DNA from: Nitrosopumilus sp.
Lineage (GTDB): Archaea > Thermoproteota > Nitrososphaeria > Nitrososphaerales > Nitrosopumilaceae
NCBI GenBank assembly: GCA_965205215.1
Contig: OZ242041.1
Span: 64,001-128,000 of the forward strand
Reading direction: 5' to 3'
DNA: 64,000 nt
This document shows positions 40,501 to 50,564 of this stretch, one piece after another. Every line of letters starts with the position of its first letter. The stretch's first letter is position 1. Both the position numbers and the translations under genes were made by a program. The notes below the pieces were generated by a model, which had not been told where the DNA came from, ran no database searches, and was given only the letters and a program-made list of their open reading frames with translations.

Positions 40501-40887
40501 CGAGAACGGGTTGAACCCGTTTGCGGTGTCGTCTACGGGGTTTACATATATCGAGTACTTGATGCCCCCGGCCGATTCGTATACGTCGTGCCCCGCATTG
40601 CGCACGCGCTGGGCCTCCTCGTGTAATATGGATTCATAATACATGTCGATGTCGCCGAGTATCAGATTGTCCGTTGCGACGGTCGGATCAGGCTGCTTTG
40701 CAAACGTAACAGAGTCGACAAAGGCCGGCGGTTCCTCTGCGCCCCATGCGGCCGGATGCAGCGCGTCCGGCGCCACCGCGGATGCCGCCATGAGCGTCAG
40801 TACGGAGAATACCGCCACTGTAGAAAATGCAAACGTCGGGGATGCCGTTGAGCCACTTCCAGAGGCGGGGAGCATCCCGGTTCCCAT
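37570..40887 (-). CDS. Secreted fusion: family-5 (peptide/nickel) SBP + Leu/Ile/Val-type SBP
   Basis: Signal-like segment; VRFALNFMIDRD and LANWHHGQPM (SBP5); IGSLAPVTG, LFRMLPD, YAYDAVW, ELNENGD (class I LIV-type); start re-placed to ATG 40887. Confidence 0.85.
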   Translation of the reverse strand: MGTGMLPASGSGSTASPTFAFSTVAVFSVLTLMAASAVAPDALHPAAWGAEEPPAFVDSVTFAKQPDPTVATDNLILGDIDMYYESILHEEAQRVRNAGHDVYESAGGIKYSIYVNPVDDTANGFNPFSLRDVRFALNFMIDRDRIVNDLLGSGTAMLSALSPTHPDYFLVHRDLASLGFGYDLAKANRLITEALRSAGASKSSSGVWQHGGQPIEVTIFIRDDDRVRHQIGESLAADLERLGFGVKRAYGDLRDAYSTVYATDPADQGWHLYTEAYTSSGVIKYDNAILAIFYASWPGNLPGGEDDHYWSYANEELDLLTAYLYLELYDSLEDRARLVSDATRLGVLDSVRVFIANSFTVQPVRGGITGVVNSAYDGITSKYTPINAQLPENDTSLSIGVRHVAQSAWNPVGGFADSYSSDVWSLLYDAPFARHPSGTGLLDGRNALLSVATGGPDGTLAVPPDAITWNPHEMAWVQTNSTEAVSRVTVDLRLANWHHGQPMDLNDILYPLVFDVEHHVLHGDEAIIESDQHAPRQASPYLVAVRIIDRDTIEIYTDYWHFDHDEIAVETGLWTRVPWELYMAMDMAIHEGRADWTASAARDHSGNWLDMLDRSDANLIRQYLADFGDASNAYHVPYFLYENKNSAYTTARYDAAMSWIDSMGHMVISNGPFYLSDQVVRGTDGAGTSSITRVVLERFDDPTYPFGRGHWASFADFEPLSGDVLIGSLAPVTGNAYRYGLETRAASDLAVSDFNEYLAMRGEMWSLKAIHIDTETDPAAALAGLATLDRQNVKLVNGPVIDIITQNVLDYANTNGMVLVSCCSSSPTNAIPGDALFRMLPDQRVHAAEIVRLMTAHPEIDLKHVVPVGIDNPWATELLGAARGGFEARGVTFSEIITYDASYVQGDGFVAGTGMTAAAEALADEVRRAAGQSGAPNVAVLYVGFGEGPLFLKAAASHDVLDDVRWFGADQNTASPNVADDPASAAFAHKVRFTAVQPSVPDDSGLVGHIHEHLESRGIEPSPYSSYAYDAVWLLGLSILYAQSSEPADVLPQIKPTAMQYVGAIGSTELNENGDLLKDDQYQSWLFADGAWSEYDLPPVQSRCR

Positions 40888-41088
40888 GGCGAATGCATAC
40901 GGGCATGGATTAAAAATGTTTGAGCGGCGGCTTCCAGTCCGGTTGCCATGTAGCGCGAACCGCTTGAGCGCGGCGTGGCGCATGATGTTCAACATGCTTG
41001 TAGCACGGAGACGCGTCCAAGCAGCCGAACCAGAAGCAAGACCCGACTAAGTAAACTATATAAGATTAGACTCCGGTGACCGGATTAC

Positions 41089-42363
41089 TTGGCTCTTTCT
41101 GATCCCTTTGCAAACGCGACAAAGCAGGTGAACGACGCGTGTGACGTACTGAAAATCAAGGACAAGGGACTCAGGGAGTATCTTGCGGTACCAAACCGCA
41201 TCATGAGGGTGAAGATTCCGGTGAGGATGGACGACGGATCTATACGCGTATTCATAGGGTTCAGAAGCCAGCACAACAACGACCGGGGCCCGTACAAGGG
41301 CGGCATACGCTACTTTGACCCGGAGGGCGGCGTCGAATACATGGAGCGCGAAGTAATGGCGCTCTCCTCGTGGATGACGTGGAAGTGCGCAATAGTGGAC
41401 ATCCCGCTTGGTGGCGGCAAGGGGGGCATATTCGTAAACCCAAAGACCGAAAAGCTCAGCGCAGGCGAGCTTGAGAGGCTCACCAGGGGGTTTGCATACC
41501 AGATATCTGAGATAATAGGCCCGCAAAAGGACATTCCGGCCCCCGATGTCTACACCACGGGCAAGGAGATGACGCAGATCATGGACACTTATGGAAAGCT
41601 TCACGGCAACACGTACGCGCCCGGCGTGATCACGGGCAAGCCCATACCGATGGGTGGCTCGCTTGCAAGGGACGTGGCGACCGGGCTCGGCACCGCGTAT
41701 ACGGTGAGGGAGGCGGCCGGCGTGATGGGACTTGACCTGAAGGGGGCTACCGTGGCGCTCCAGGGGTTTGGAAACGCGTCGACATTTTCTGGAATCTACT
41801 TGGAAGAGATGGGCGCAAAGGTGATTGCGGCAAGCGACTCAAAGGGCGACGTACTACTTCCAGAAGGAACCAAGGTTGCAAAGGTGATAAAGCACAAGCA
41901 AAAGAGCGGGACGGTGGTTGGATTTCCGGGCAGCAAGAAGATCACTACCGAGGAACTGCTCACGGCCGAGTGTGACGTGCTTGTGCCGGGGGCGCTCGAA
42001 AACGAGATTACGGCACGGATTGCAAGGAAGCTGAGATGCAAGATCATTGCAGAGGCCGCCAACGGACCCACCCTGCCCGCAGCCGATCCGATCATATACC
42101 GCAAAAAGATAATGATGATACCCGACATCCTGGCAAACGCCGGGGGGGTATGCATATCCTATCTGGAGTGGGTGCAGAACAACATGGGCTACTACTGGAC
42201 GTTTGACGAGGTGGCCAAGAAGATGGAGGCGCAGATCACAAATGGATTCAAGGACACCTACGACTTTTCCACAAAGCACAAGATAGACATGAGGCGCGGT
42301 GCAATGGCCCTTGCCGTGCAGCGCGTGGTGGAGGCCTTTGAGCACAGAGGCATCTGGCCCTGA
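41089..42363 (+). CDS. gdhA: Glutamate dehydrogenase
   Basis: GPYKGGIRY, MTWKCA, GGGKGG, PAPDV, QGFGN, AEAANGP, PDILANAGGV. Confidence 0.97.
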   Translation: MALSDPFANATKQVNDACDVLKIKDKGLREYLAVPNRIMRVKIPVRMDDGSIRVFIGFRSQHNNDRGPYKGGIRYFDPEGGVEYMEREVMALSSWMTWKCAIVDIPLGGGKGGIFVNPKTEKLSAGELERLTRGFAYQISEIIGPQKDIPAPDVYTTGKEMTQIMDTYGKLHGNTYAPGVITGKPIPMGGSLARDVATGLGTAYTVREAAGVMGLDLKGATVALQGFGNASTFSGIYLEEMGAKVIAASDSKGDVLLPEGTKVAKVIKHKQKSGTVVGFPGSKKITTEELLTAECDVLVPGALENEITARIARKLRCKIIAEAANGPTLPAADPIIYRKKIMMIPDILANAGGVCISYLEWVQNNMGYYWTFDEVAKKMEAQITNGFKDTYDFSTKHKIDMRRGAMALAVQRVVEAFEHRGIWP

Positions 42364-42396
42364 TCATGCGACGGGTATCTCCACGGGCGCTGGCAG

Positions 42397-42795
42397 TCAC
42401 TGCAACATCAGCATCATAACGGCGTGCTCATAGCACGCGAGCTGCTCGATGAACGTAATCCTTCCCCGGGTTATCTTCCAGAGTCTCCTTCTCAGCGACA
42501 GGTCAACGTTTGTACGGCGCTCAAGCTGCCTGGCCACCCTGCCCGTCAGGTGCCTGCCCTTCCTGTCCCCGTCAAACAGCACGACGACACTCTCGTATCT
42601 GGCCGCATGGTCCACAAAGTTTCCAAGCCCCCCAAAACGGTGGAACTCCAGTATCGTGCCCGCATACCCCAGCCTTCGTAGGGCGTCCGCATCGCGCCTG
42701 CCCTCCACTGCCACGGCCATGCCGTCGTTTTTGGCGGAGTTGAGCCGCAGGATATAGTCCCTGATCTCGGCCGCCTCCTGCGCTGAGACTAGCAC
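42397..42795 (-). CDS. Small TOPRIM-domain protein
   Basis: VEGRRD and LFDGDRKG motifs. Confidence 0.88.
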   Translation of the reverse strand: MLVSAQEAAEIRDYILRLNSAKNDGMAVAVEGRRDADALRRLGYAGTILEFHRFGGLGNFVDHAARYESVVVLFDGDRKGRHLTGRVARQLERRTNVDLSLRRRLWKITRGRITFIEQLACYEHAVMMLMLQ

Positions 42796-42939
42796 GCATA
42801 TCCGGCCGCGTGCAAGCTATTAAAGAGATCCCAGTACTTCGCCGCAGCCGCAGGCCCGGCCGCGGTGAGCACTGCCGTCACAAGCCCTTCACGTCCCGCG
42901 GCAAAAAGGAATTTAATCAGATTCCCTCACGGCTGATCA

Positions 42940-44325
42940 ATGGCCAGCATGTCAAACATGTTCAAGACTTTCGGGCCGGGCATAATGTTCGCGTGCACGG
43001 CCATCGGCGTGTCCCATCTGATACAGGCCACGCGCGCGGGGGCGGAGTTCGGGTTTGCCCTGCTTGGGTTCGTTATAGCCGCAAACCTGTTAAAGTATCC
43101 CTTTTACGAGTTCAGCTCCAGGTATACGAGCGCGACTGGAACCAGCCTGATAGACGGGTACCTGAGGCTGGGCAGATCCTACCTGCTGCTCTACCTTGCC
43201 ATCACAGTGGCCTCCATGTTTTTTGTGACCGGCGCAGTCGGTTTTGTAACCGCCGGGTTCATGGAGAACCTGTTCTCCGCAGAGTTTCTTGACCAGTGGA
43301 CGCTCGTCATACTGTTTGCGGTGTGCGCCGCCATACTCGTCACTGGGCGGTATACGGTACTTGACAGCCTGATAAAGGTGATAGCGGCCGTGCTGGTGGT
43401 ATCAACCATACTGGCGTTTGCCATTGCCGTGTACAACGGACCCTCCGAGCAGGTGCCCGGTTTTGAGGTGCCCGAGGTGCTGAGCGGCGCCGGGATATTC
43501 TTCCTGATAGCGCTGATGGGGTGGATGCCGATGCCGATCGACACGGCGACGTGGCACAGCATGTGGACGCTTGAGCGCATAAAGCAGACGGGGTTCAGGC
43601 CGCGCCTGCGTGAGACCCTGCTTGACTTTAACGTAGGGTACGGGATAACGGCGGTGCTTGCCGTACTCTTTCTGGTGCTCGGGACGTACATATTCTTCGG
43701 GAGCGGCGAGGAGCTTCCAAACAACAACTCACTGTTTGCAGGAAAGATAGTCACGCTGTACACAGAGACCGTGGGCGAGTGGAGCGAGCTTGTGATATCC
43801 GCCTCCGCGTTCAGCGTCATGTTTGGGACGATAATAGCCGTGCTTGATGGATATTCAAGGGCGCTCTCCAGGATGACGCGCATGGTGGGCTCGCTCAGGG
43901 GTGGCCCGCGCCACGCGCCAGGCACGCCGGCCGACGGCGGCGGCAACGGCCGTGACGACGGCGGTGCGGGCCACAACCGCGGTGCCGCCGAGCCTCTCCC
44001 CGCAACAGGCATAGACGCGCACCACGACGACTCGAGGGGCCTCCGGTACCCGATGTACATCATACTGCTGGTCGCCGGCTCGCTTGCCATTGTGACGTTC
44101 TTCGGTGACAAACTCAAGGAGCTTGTGGATTTTGCAACTATAGTCTCGTTTATGATCGCGCCCGTGATAGCGCTGTTCAACTTTAGGCTCGTCACGGGAC
44201 GGTATGTCGAACGCAGCATGCAGCCGCCCGTATGGCTCAAGGTTCTGGCCTGTGCGGGGATCGCGTTCCTAGTCGGCTTTGCCGCATTCTTTGCGCTGGT
44301 GAGGCTTGAGATAGTCTCACTGTAA
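42940..44325 (+). CDS. NRAMP-like membrane permease
   Basis: GPGIMFACTAIGVSHL..ATRAGA.FG; about 11 hydrophobic segments. Confidence 0.85.
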   Translation: MASMSNMFKTFGPGIMFACTAIGVSHLIQATRAGAEFGFALLGFVIAANLLKYPFYEFSSRYTSATGTSLIDGYLRLGRSYLLLYLAITVASMFFVTGAVGFVTAGFMENLFSAEFLDQWTLVILFAVCAAILVTGRYTVLDSLIKVIAAVLVVSTILAFAIAVYNGPSEQVPGFEVPEVLSGAGIFFLIALMGWMPMPIDTATWHSMWTLERIKQTGFRPRLRETLLDFNVGYGITAVLAVLFLVLGTYIFFGSGEELPNNNSLFAGKIVTLYTETVGEWSELVISASAFSVMFGTIIAVLDGYSRALSRMTRMVGSLRGGPRHAPGTPADGGGNGRDDGGAGHNRGAAEPLPATGIDAHHDDSRGLRYPMYIILLVAGSLAIVTFFGDKLKELVDFATIVSFMIAPVIALFNFRLVTGRYVERSMQPPVWLKVLACAGIAFLVGFAAFFALVRLEIVSL

Positions 44326-44452
44326 CCGCGCGCCGGCGATTCAACACTTAATTCTGCAGGCACGTTCTGGCCGCAAAGCATGCGGTACCAACCGGCGCGG
44401 GCCGCCTCGTGCTTGCCGCCACGTGGCAGGTTTCCGATGCGACCGGACCCTG

Positions 44453-44578
44453 CTATCTGTTGCTGCCGGAGGCCCCCTCTAGGAGCCCCGAGTCGCCGTG
44501 TATCCTGTCGATGTGCCTGGAGAGATCCTCCTTGTCATCAAAGTCCGAGTTGCAGTAAGGACATGAGTGTTCTGCCAT
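44453..44578 (-). CDS. Micro-protein with a single C2H2 zinc finger (41 aa)
   Basis: Hand-translated MAEHSCPYCNSDFDDKEDLSRHIDRIHGDSGLLEGASGSNR; TTTTTTAA box ~22-30 nt upstream. Confidence 0.8.
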   Translation of the reverse strand: MAEHSCPYCNSDFDDKEDLSRHIDRIHGDSGLLEGASGSNR

Positions 44579-44771
44579 ACATGGTATGCTCCCGCGGCGT
44601 TAAAAAACTGTTCCACGTGCAGTGACACTCGGTGATGCGTCAGTATGAACTCACCTGTCGTGCGTAAAGGACAGCCACAGTGTGGGGTTGTGCCCGATTA
44701 TGGGAGGACGTGAATTCATACACGCGCCATGTCTGAATAGTTAATATACAGAGTAGAAAGCCCCATGTCTG

Positions 44772-46943
44772 ATGGCCACGGCTGGCAAGAGAGGAAGACA
44801 GCCAAGACGGCAGCGCAAGAGCAGCAATACGGTACGCCGAATCTTTGAGGACGCAATGCAGTCTCAGGACGGCGTCATTACGGAGGAGCTCTCAAAGTCA
44901 GTACTCAAGAAATATGGGGTCAGCGTCCCGCCCTACGCGCTGGTGACGTCGGCCGGCGAGGCGGCACGGGAGGCGAGGCGCATAGGATTCCCGCTCGTAA
45001 TGAAGGTGGTCTCGCCGCAGATACTGCACAAGACCGACGTCGGCGGGGTCAAGGTGGGCATTGAGAACGTATCTGACGTCAGGAAGACGTTTGATGACAT
45101 GTACGGCAGGCTCTCAAGAAAGAAGGGGGTCCAGGTAAAGGGCATACTGCTAGAGAAGATGGTCCCCAAGGGGGTCGAGCTAATAGTGGGCATTCAGAAC
45201 GATCCGCAGTTTGGGCCAGTGATAATGGCGGGACTCGGCGGCATAATGACAGAGGTGATGAAGGACGTCGCGTTCCGCATGCTGCCAATCACGGAATCCG
45301 ACGCCAAGTCGATGATAAATGAGCTGCGCGGCGCGGCGTTGTTAAAGGGCTTCCGCGGTTCTGAGCCCATCGACATCAGCGCCGTTGCAAAAATGCTGGT
45401 CCAGATAGGCAGGATAGGCGTGGACCATGCTGACTACATCAACAGCATCGACTTTAACCCCGTTGTAGTGTACCCAAAGTCGCGCCACTACGTGGTGGAC
45501 GCCAAGATAATACTCAACGACGAGGTCAGGAAAGGCTCCGTATCAAGGGCCCGTCCAAACAGCGCCAGCATGGAGAAGTTCTTTACGCCAAAGTCAGTAG
45601 CTCTCGTGGGAGCATCTACAACAAAGGGCAAGATCGGAAACTCCATACTGGACAGCCTGGCAAACTACGACTACAAGGGCAAGGTATACCCGATAAACCC
45701 AAAGGCCGACAAGATATTCGGGCGCAAGTGCTATCCGTCAGTCGCCGACATACCGGGCAGGGTTGACCTGGTGGTGGTATCAGTCGACCTGTCCGTCACG
45801 CCCCCCGTGCTAGAGGACTGCGCCAAGAAGGGCGTCCGCAACGTCGTAATCGTATCCGGCGGCGGCAAGGAGCTCGGGGGCCAGAGGGCCGAGTACGAGG
45901 CGGAGGTAAAGCGGCTCTCTGCAAAGCACAAGATCAGGATAATCGGCCCCAACTGCATCGGGATGTTCAACGCGGCAAACAGGCTCGACTGCGCGTTCCA
46001 GGGCCAGGAGCGCATGGTGCGCGCAAGGCGCGGCGACGTGGCGCTCTTGTCGCAGAGCGGCACCATGGGAATAAGCTTTCTGGAGTCCGCCGACTCGTTC
46101 GGGCTCTCAAAGATGGTAAGCTACGGCAACCGCTCCGACGTCGACGAGGCCGACATGATCTGGTATCTGGCCGACGACCCGCAGACCAAGGTGATAGCGC
46201 TGTACGTTGAGGGGTTCGGCGACGGCCGCAAGTTCATCAACACCGCGCGACGCGTCATGAAACAAAAGAAAAAGCCGGTCGTAATATGGAAGTCCGGGAG
46301 GACCGCCATGGGGGCAAAGCAGGCCGCCTCGCACACGGGATCGCTTGGCGGCTCAAACGCAATCATCATGGGGGCCTTCAAGCAGGCCGGGATAATATCA
46401 GTAGACAGCTACCAGGAACTGGTGGCCGTAACAAAGGCCCTCTCCTGGCAGCCGGCCGCGTCCGGAAACGGGTCGGCCATGACCAGCAACGGGGCGGGCC
46501 CCATGATCGGGGCCATAGACCACTTTGAGCGGCTGGGACTGAAGCTTGCAAGCGTCACGTCCGCGTCGGCCAACAAGATGAAAAAGCACTTTCCACCCAC
46601 GTATGTCATAGGCAAGGGAAACCCGGCCGATGTTACGGGGGGCGCCAGCGCGGAGGACTACCAGTTTGTCATAAAGACGTTCATGGAGGACAAGAACGTG
46701 GACATAGTGATGCCGTGGTTCGTCTTCCAAGACGACCCGCTTGATGAGATCATAATCGAGTACCTTGCAAGGTTCTCCAAGAAGAGAGTCAAGCCACTGC
46801 TAGTTGGTGCAAACGGCGGGCCCTTTACCAACAAGGTGAGCCGCCTGATAGAGCAGAGGGGCGTGCCCGTATACGACGATCTGAGGGACTGGGTCGCTGC
46901 AGCCTCCGCCCTTGTGCAGTGGGGACGCATATCTGCACGCTAG
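44772..46943 (+). CDS. ADP-forming acyl-CoA synthetase, probably 3-hydroxypropionyl-CoA synthetase (HP/HB cycle)
   Basis: N-terminal ATP-grasp (HKTDVGGV) then CoA-binding domain ([18 protein letters not shown]); adjacent to a crotonase as in the thaumarchaeal HP/HB locus. Confidence 0.88.
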   Translation: MATAGKRGRQPRRQRKSSNTVRRIFEDAMQSQDGVITEELSKSVLKKYGVSVPPYALVTSAGEAAREARRIGFPLVMKVVSPQILHKTDVGGVKVGIENVSDVRKTFDDMYGRLSRKKGVQVKGILLEKMVPKGVELIVGIQNDPQFGPVIMAGLGGIMTEVMKDVAFRMLPITESDAKSMINELRGAALLKGFRGSEPIDISAVAKMLVQIGRIGVDHADYINSIDFNPVVVYPKSRHYVVDAKIILNDEVRKGSVSRARPNSASMEKFFTPKSVALVGASTTKGKIGNSILDSLANYDYKGKVYPINPKADKIFGRKCYPSVADIPGRVDLVVVSVDLSVTPPVLEDCAKKGVRNVVIVSGGGKELGGQRAEYEAEVKRLSAKHKIRIIGPNCIGMFNAANRLDCAFQGQERMVRARRGDVALLSQSGTMGISFLESADSFGLSKMVSYGNRSDVDEADMIWYLADDPQTKVIALYVEGFGDGRKFINTARRVMKQKKKPVVIWKSGRTAMGAKQAASHTGSLGGSNAIIMGAFKQAGIISVDSYQELVAVTKALSWQPAASGNGSAMTSNGAGPMIGAIDHFERLGLKLASVTSASANKMKKHFPPTYVIGKGNPADVTGGASAEDYQFVIKTFMEDKNVDIVMPWFVFQDDPLDEIIIEYLARFSKKRVKPLLVGANGGPFTNKVSRLIEQRGVPVYDDLRDWVAAASALVQWGRISAR

Positions 46944-47124
46944 CCGGGGCATGCGGCAGATCATTTTGGATCTCTACCCGGGGGCTTTCTCTTTTCCCCT
47001 CCCTTCCTTCTCCTCCCCCCCCCCCCTTTCCCCGCCCCCACACACGCCCGCAGCAAGAATTAGCGGCGTCGATCACGCTGCAAAAAAACGATGACATTTA
47101 AGACGGCCCCCTAGACGTCTGGCA

Positions 47125-47892
47125 ATGACACTGGTCACAAAATCAACTTCAGAGCAGGGCGTCTGTACCGTAAAGATAAACAGGCCCGAGAAGCTCAACG
47201 CCATGAACACCGACGTTGCAAGGGAGCTGGTATCCACGTTCGAGGAGATCGGCCTTGACTCTTCTGTCAAGGTGGTTATACTGACCGGCGAGGGCGAAAA
47301 GGCGTTCTCGGCGGGAGCGGACATCGAGTACATGTCAGAGATATCGGCCGACGAGTCAGTCGAGTATGCAAAGCTCGGACAGCTTGTAACCGCGACTGTC
47401 GAGCTCGTGCGCCAGCCCACCATTGCGGCCGTCAACGGGTTCGCCCTTGGCGGCGGATGCGAGCTTGCGATGTCCTGCGACATCCGAATCGCGGCCGACA
47501 CCGCAAGGATGGGCCAGCCGGAGGTTACCATAGGGATACCGCCCGGTTGGGGCGGGACGCAGAGGTTGATGAGGATAGTCGGCATCGCAAAGGCCAAGGA
47601 GCTTGTATACACGGGCAAGATGGTAAAGGCCGACGAGGCAAGGGAGATGGGACTTGTCAACGCGGTGGTTCCTCTGGCCGACCTGCAGTCCGAGGCCGAA
47701 AAGATGGCCCTGCAGATTGCGGCAAACTCCGAGATGGGCGTGCGCATGTCCAAGGTTGCAATAAACCGCGGAAGGAACGCGGACCTGGACACCGGGCTCT
47801 CAATAGAGCTCTTGGCGTGGCGCAACTGCTTTACGCACCCAGACAGGAAAGAGCGGATGACTGCGTTTGTCAACAAGTCAAAGAAGAACTAG
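47125..47892 (+). CDS. Crotonase: probable 3-hydroxypropionyl-CoA dehydratase/crotonyl-CoA hydratase
   Basis: [38 protein letters not shown]. Confidence 0.9.
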   Translation: MTLVTKSTSEQGVCTVKINRPEKLNAMNTDVARELVSTFEEIGLDSSVKVVILTGEGEKAFSAGADIEYMSEISADESVEYAKLGQLVTATVELVRQPTIAAVNGFALGGGCELAMSCDIRIAADTARMGQPEVTIGIPPGWGGTQRLMRIVGIAKAKELVYTGKMVKADEAREMGLVNAVVPLADLQSEAEKMALQIAANSEMGVRMSKVAINRGRNADLDTGLSIELLAWRNCFTHPDRKERMTAFVNKSKKN

Positions 47893-48003
47893 CCCGCCGT
47901 GGACGTTTTTTCTTGTTTTTTGAGGTGCGCGTACGGCGCACCGGCGGCCCGCCGCGCCGCAGACCGGCAAAGCTTATTATAATTTGCAGCGGATACATGT
48001 GAC

Positions 48004-48354
48004 ATGGCAACAGAACAGACGCAGAAGGTCGTTACGGTCACCCCAAAGGCTGCCGAGAAGATCAAGGAGTTCATGAAGGAAGAGGCCGAGTCACCCGAGT
48101 ACCTGAGGATATACGTTCAGGGCGGTGGCTGCGCCGGGCTCTCCTATGGAATGGGCTTTGAAAAGGAGCCGGAGGAGGGCGACATCGTCATGGAAGAGGG
48201 CGGTGTAAAGCTGCTCGTTGATGGCGTCAGTGTGGATCACCTAAAGGGCGCCAACGTTGACTACATCGAGAGCCTCATGGGCTCTGGCTTCAAGGTCAAC
48301 AACCCCAACGTCACAAAGTCTTGTTCCTGCGGGCACTCGTTTGAGACGGCCTGA
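48004..48354 (+). CDS. HesB/IscA Fe-S cluster assembly protein
   Basis: GGGCAGLSY ... NPNVTKSCSCGHSF. Confidence 0.96.
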   Translation: MATEQTQKVVTVTPKAAEKIKEFMKEEAESPEYLRIYVQGGGCAGLSYGMGFEKEPEEGDIVMEEGGVKLLVDGVSVDHLKGANVDYIESLMGSGFKVNNPNVTKSCSCGHSFETA

Positions 48355-48530
48355 TTTTAAGACGCGCTTTGTGCACCTTTTTTGCTTGCTACACCAAGGA
48401 GATGCGCGCGCCATCCCCGGGCGCCCATACCCGCGGGCCTGGCAGGGGGAACTGGGAACATAATCCTATACGCGGCGGAATTTACACATCGTGGACAAGC
48501 GCTCAGCACGGATTGCGCCACAAGCCAGGC

Positions 48531-50057
48531 TTATCTGCATACCAAGACAGGCGGGTCGGCCAATGTCAGGATATCGATGTCTATCTGCATCCATGGGTCC
48601 GTAAAGTCCATGTACGTGTCCCGCTCCGCCGTATTCTCAATTACGAACATCACGTCGGCTTCTCCATTCCTCATGAGGCCAAGGGCGTCTGACCACGACG
48701 AGATGTCTTCGACAGCTGCAGCTGCAAAGTCGGATCCTGTCAATGCCGTAAACAGGCTGACGTAGGCGCCTGAGAGTCCTGCAAGGTGTCCCAGACTGTC
48801 TCTATACTCGTAGGGGGCCCAGAACGGGTCATACGCGACCGTGACGGTCGGATTGTTGGCTAGCCACGCCTGCTCCGCTGCGGTAAAGGACGGCGGATCC
48901 GTTACCTTGTCGATTATGATTCTCCCCTCGCTTTCAGATATGGCGTCAATCAGTTTCTGCATGATTGAACCTAATACTTGGTCGCCTTCCGTGTATGCGA
49001 TTGAGAGCGCATAGTCGTCGCCGAGCGGGCCTGCAGACTGTAGGTCGGCGATGTTGTTCTGCCTGGCAAGGTAGTTTGCCGTCGCAAGCGGATCCAAGTA
49101 GACGTCGGCCCTGCCGTCGTTCACCATCTGGAGCGCCTCAAGCGCAGTAGTGGCAGATATGTAATTGACATCGGGCAGGTTTGCGTCAAGCCAGGTCTCC
49201 ACCGCATAGCCATCCACCGTAACGACCCTGTAGTTCTCCAGATTGTCCACGTTCACGGTGTCGACCAAGCTGGCATCCCTTACCAAAAGGTCGATATCTA
49301 TCTGCAGCCACACGTCAGTAAAGTCCATGTACGTGTCCCTCTCCGCCGTGTTCTCAATTACGAACATCACGTCGGCCGTTCCCGCCTCCATGCGACTAAG
49401 GGCGTCTGACCACGACACGATGGTATCGGCCTCTAAGAATTCAGAGCCGGACAGCGCCGAGAACAGGGCGGTAAAGGCGCCGGAGACGCCGACCAGATTG
49501 CCTGTCGTGTCGTCGGTATACTCGTAGGGGGGCCAGGACGGATCATACGCGACCGTAATGGTCGGGTTATCATCAAGCCATGCCTGCTCCTCTGCGGTAA
49601 AGGACGGCGGGTTTGCCAGCCTCTCAAGGAGTGCCTGCCTATCGTCTGCGGGTATCTCGTCAATCAGTTTCTGCATGATTGAGCCGAGCGTTTGGTCGCC
49701 TTCCGTGTATGCGATTGAGAGTGTATAGTCGTCGCCGAGCGGGCCTGCAGACTGTAGGTCGGCAAGGCCGTTCTGCCTGGCAATGTAGTTTGCCGTTGCG
49801 AGCGGATCCAAGTAGACGTCGGCCCTGCCGTCGTTCATCATTTGAAGCGCCTCAACTGCAGTTTCGGCGGATATGTAATTGACATTGGGGAAGTTTTCGT
49901 CAAGCCAGGCCTCCACCGCATAGCCCTGCACCGTAACGACCCTGTAGTTTACCAGTTCGTCCGGGCTTATACTGGTACCGGCATATGCGATGCCGGACGT
50001 GCCGATTGTAACAACAACTGCCAAGACGGCAAAGAGTGGTATCGCAAGCCTTACCAT
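48531..50057 (-). CDS. Secreted family-3 SBP (BvgS/EvgS-like periplasmic domain) with duplicated, permuted halves
   Basis: Signal peptide; two copies each of YRVVTV.GYAVE..L (second half) and FTA.EQAWL..NP.ITVAYDP.W.PYEY (first half). Confidence 0.85.
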   Translation of the reverse strand: MVRLAIPLFAVLAVVVTIGTSGIAYAGTSISPDELVNYRVVTVQGYAVEAWLDENFPNVNYISAETAVEALQMMNDGRADVYLDPLATANYIARQNGLADLQSAGPLGDDYTLSIAYTEGDQTLGSIMQKLIDEIPADDRQALLERLANPPSFTAEEQAWLDDNPTITVAYDPSWPPYEYTDDTTGNLVGVSGAFTALFSALSGSEFLEADTIVSWSDALSRMEAGTADVMFVIENTAERDTYMDFTDVWLQIDIDLLVRDASLVDTVNVDNLENYRVVTVDGYAVETWLDANLPDVNYISATTALEALQMVNDGRADVYLDPLATANYLARQNNIADLQSAGPLGDDYALSIAYTEGDQVLGSIMQKLIDAISESEGRIIIDKVTDPPSFTAAEQAWLANNPTVTVAYDPFWAPYEYRDSLGHLAGLSGAYVSLFTALTGSDFAAAAVEDISSWSDALGLMRNGEADVMFVIENTAERDTYMDFTDPWMQIDIDILTLADPPVLVCR

Positions 50058-50239
50058 TATGTGCTATTTGTACCACCGTCTTAAAAAACATACCGATACC
50101 GGCCAACCAACGCAAATGGGTCCTGCAGGATCAGAGTGCGAATAAGGACATATGACAAGATCCATGTGTGACGTCTTAATGGCTCGGGCGGTAATGAGAA
50201 AAGCCGCCCAAGGCAGTCTGTGCGTGACTGTGGCATGTC

Positions 50240-50407
50240 GCTATTTTGCAAGGCCAGCAGCATCTCCCTGATGACGGAGAACGCGGTCTCGACGAGGCTG
50301 CGCCGGTGGCACGCTCTGCCAAACCCCTCGGGATCGTCGCGGCGCGCCTTGATGCGCGCCTTGATGCCTCTTTCGTCTGCCTCTGGAACCCGGGTGGTAC
50401 ATACCAC
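50240..50407 (-). mobile_element. Degraded IS5-family transposase fragment
   Basis: GRACHRRSLVETAFSVIR resembles the IS5 C-terminal YHRRSLVETAFSxxKR motif; no full ORF. Confidence 0.55.
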
Positions 50408-50564
50408 AATATATGATCAATAAGCTTTCCCATGCGGGGTAGCCGCGAACTTTGAGCTTTTCGTCGTCTTTGCGTTCGGGATCCTGGCAGCGCCGCCGTT
50501 TTCAATAAGCTTTTATACAGACCCAACGAAGGGCCAGCATGATATTAAAGGAGATGAGTGTTGT

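Noticed and set aside
46985-47040. Polypyrimidine/C-run tract (G-quadruplex potential on minus strand)
   Set aside because: Probably a terminator-like or low-complexity spacer; homopolymer length unreliable.
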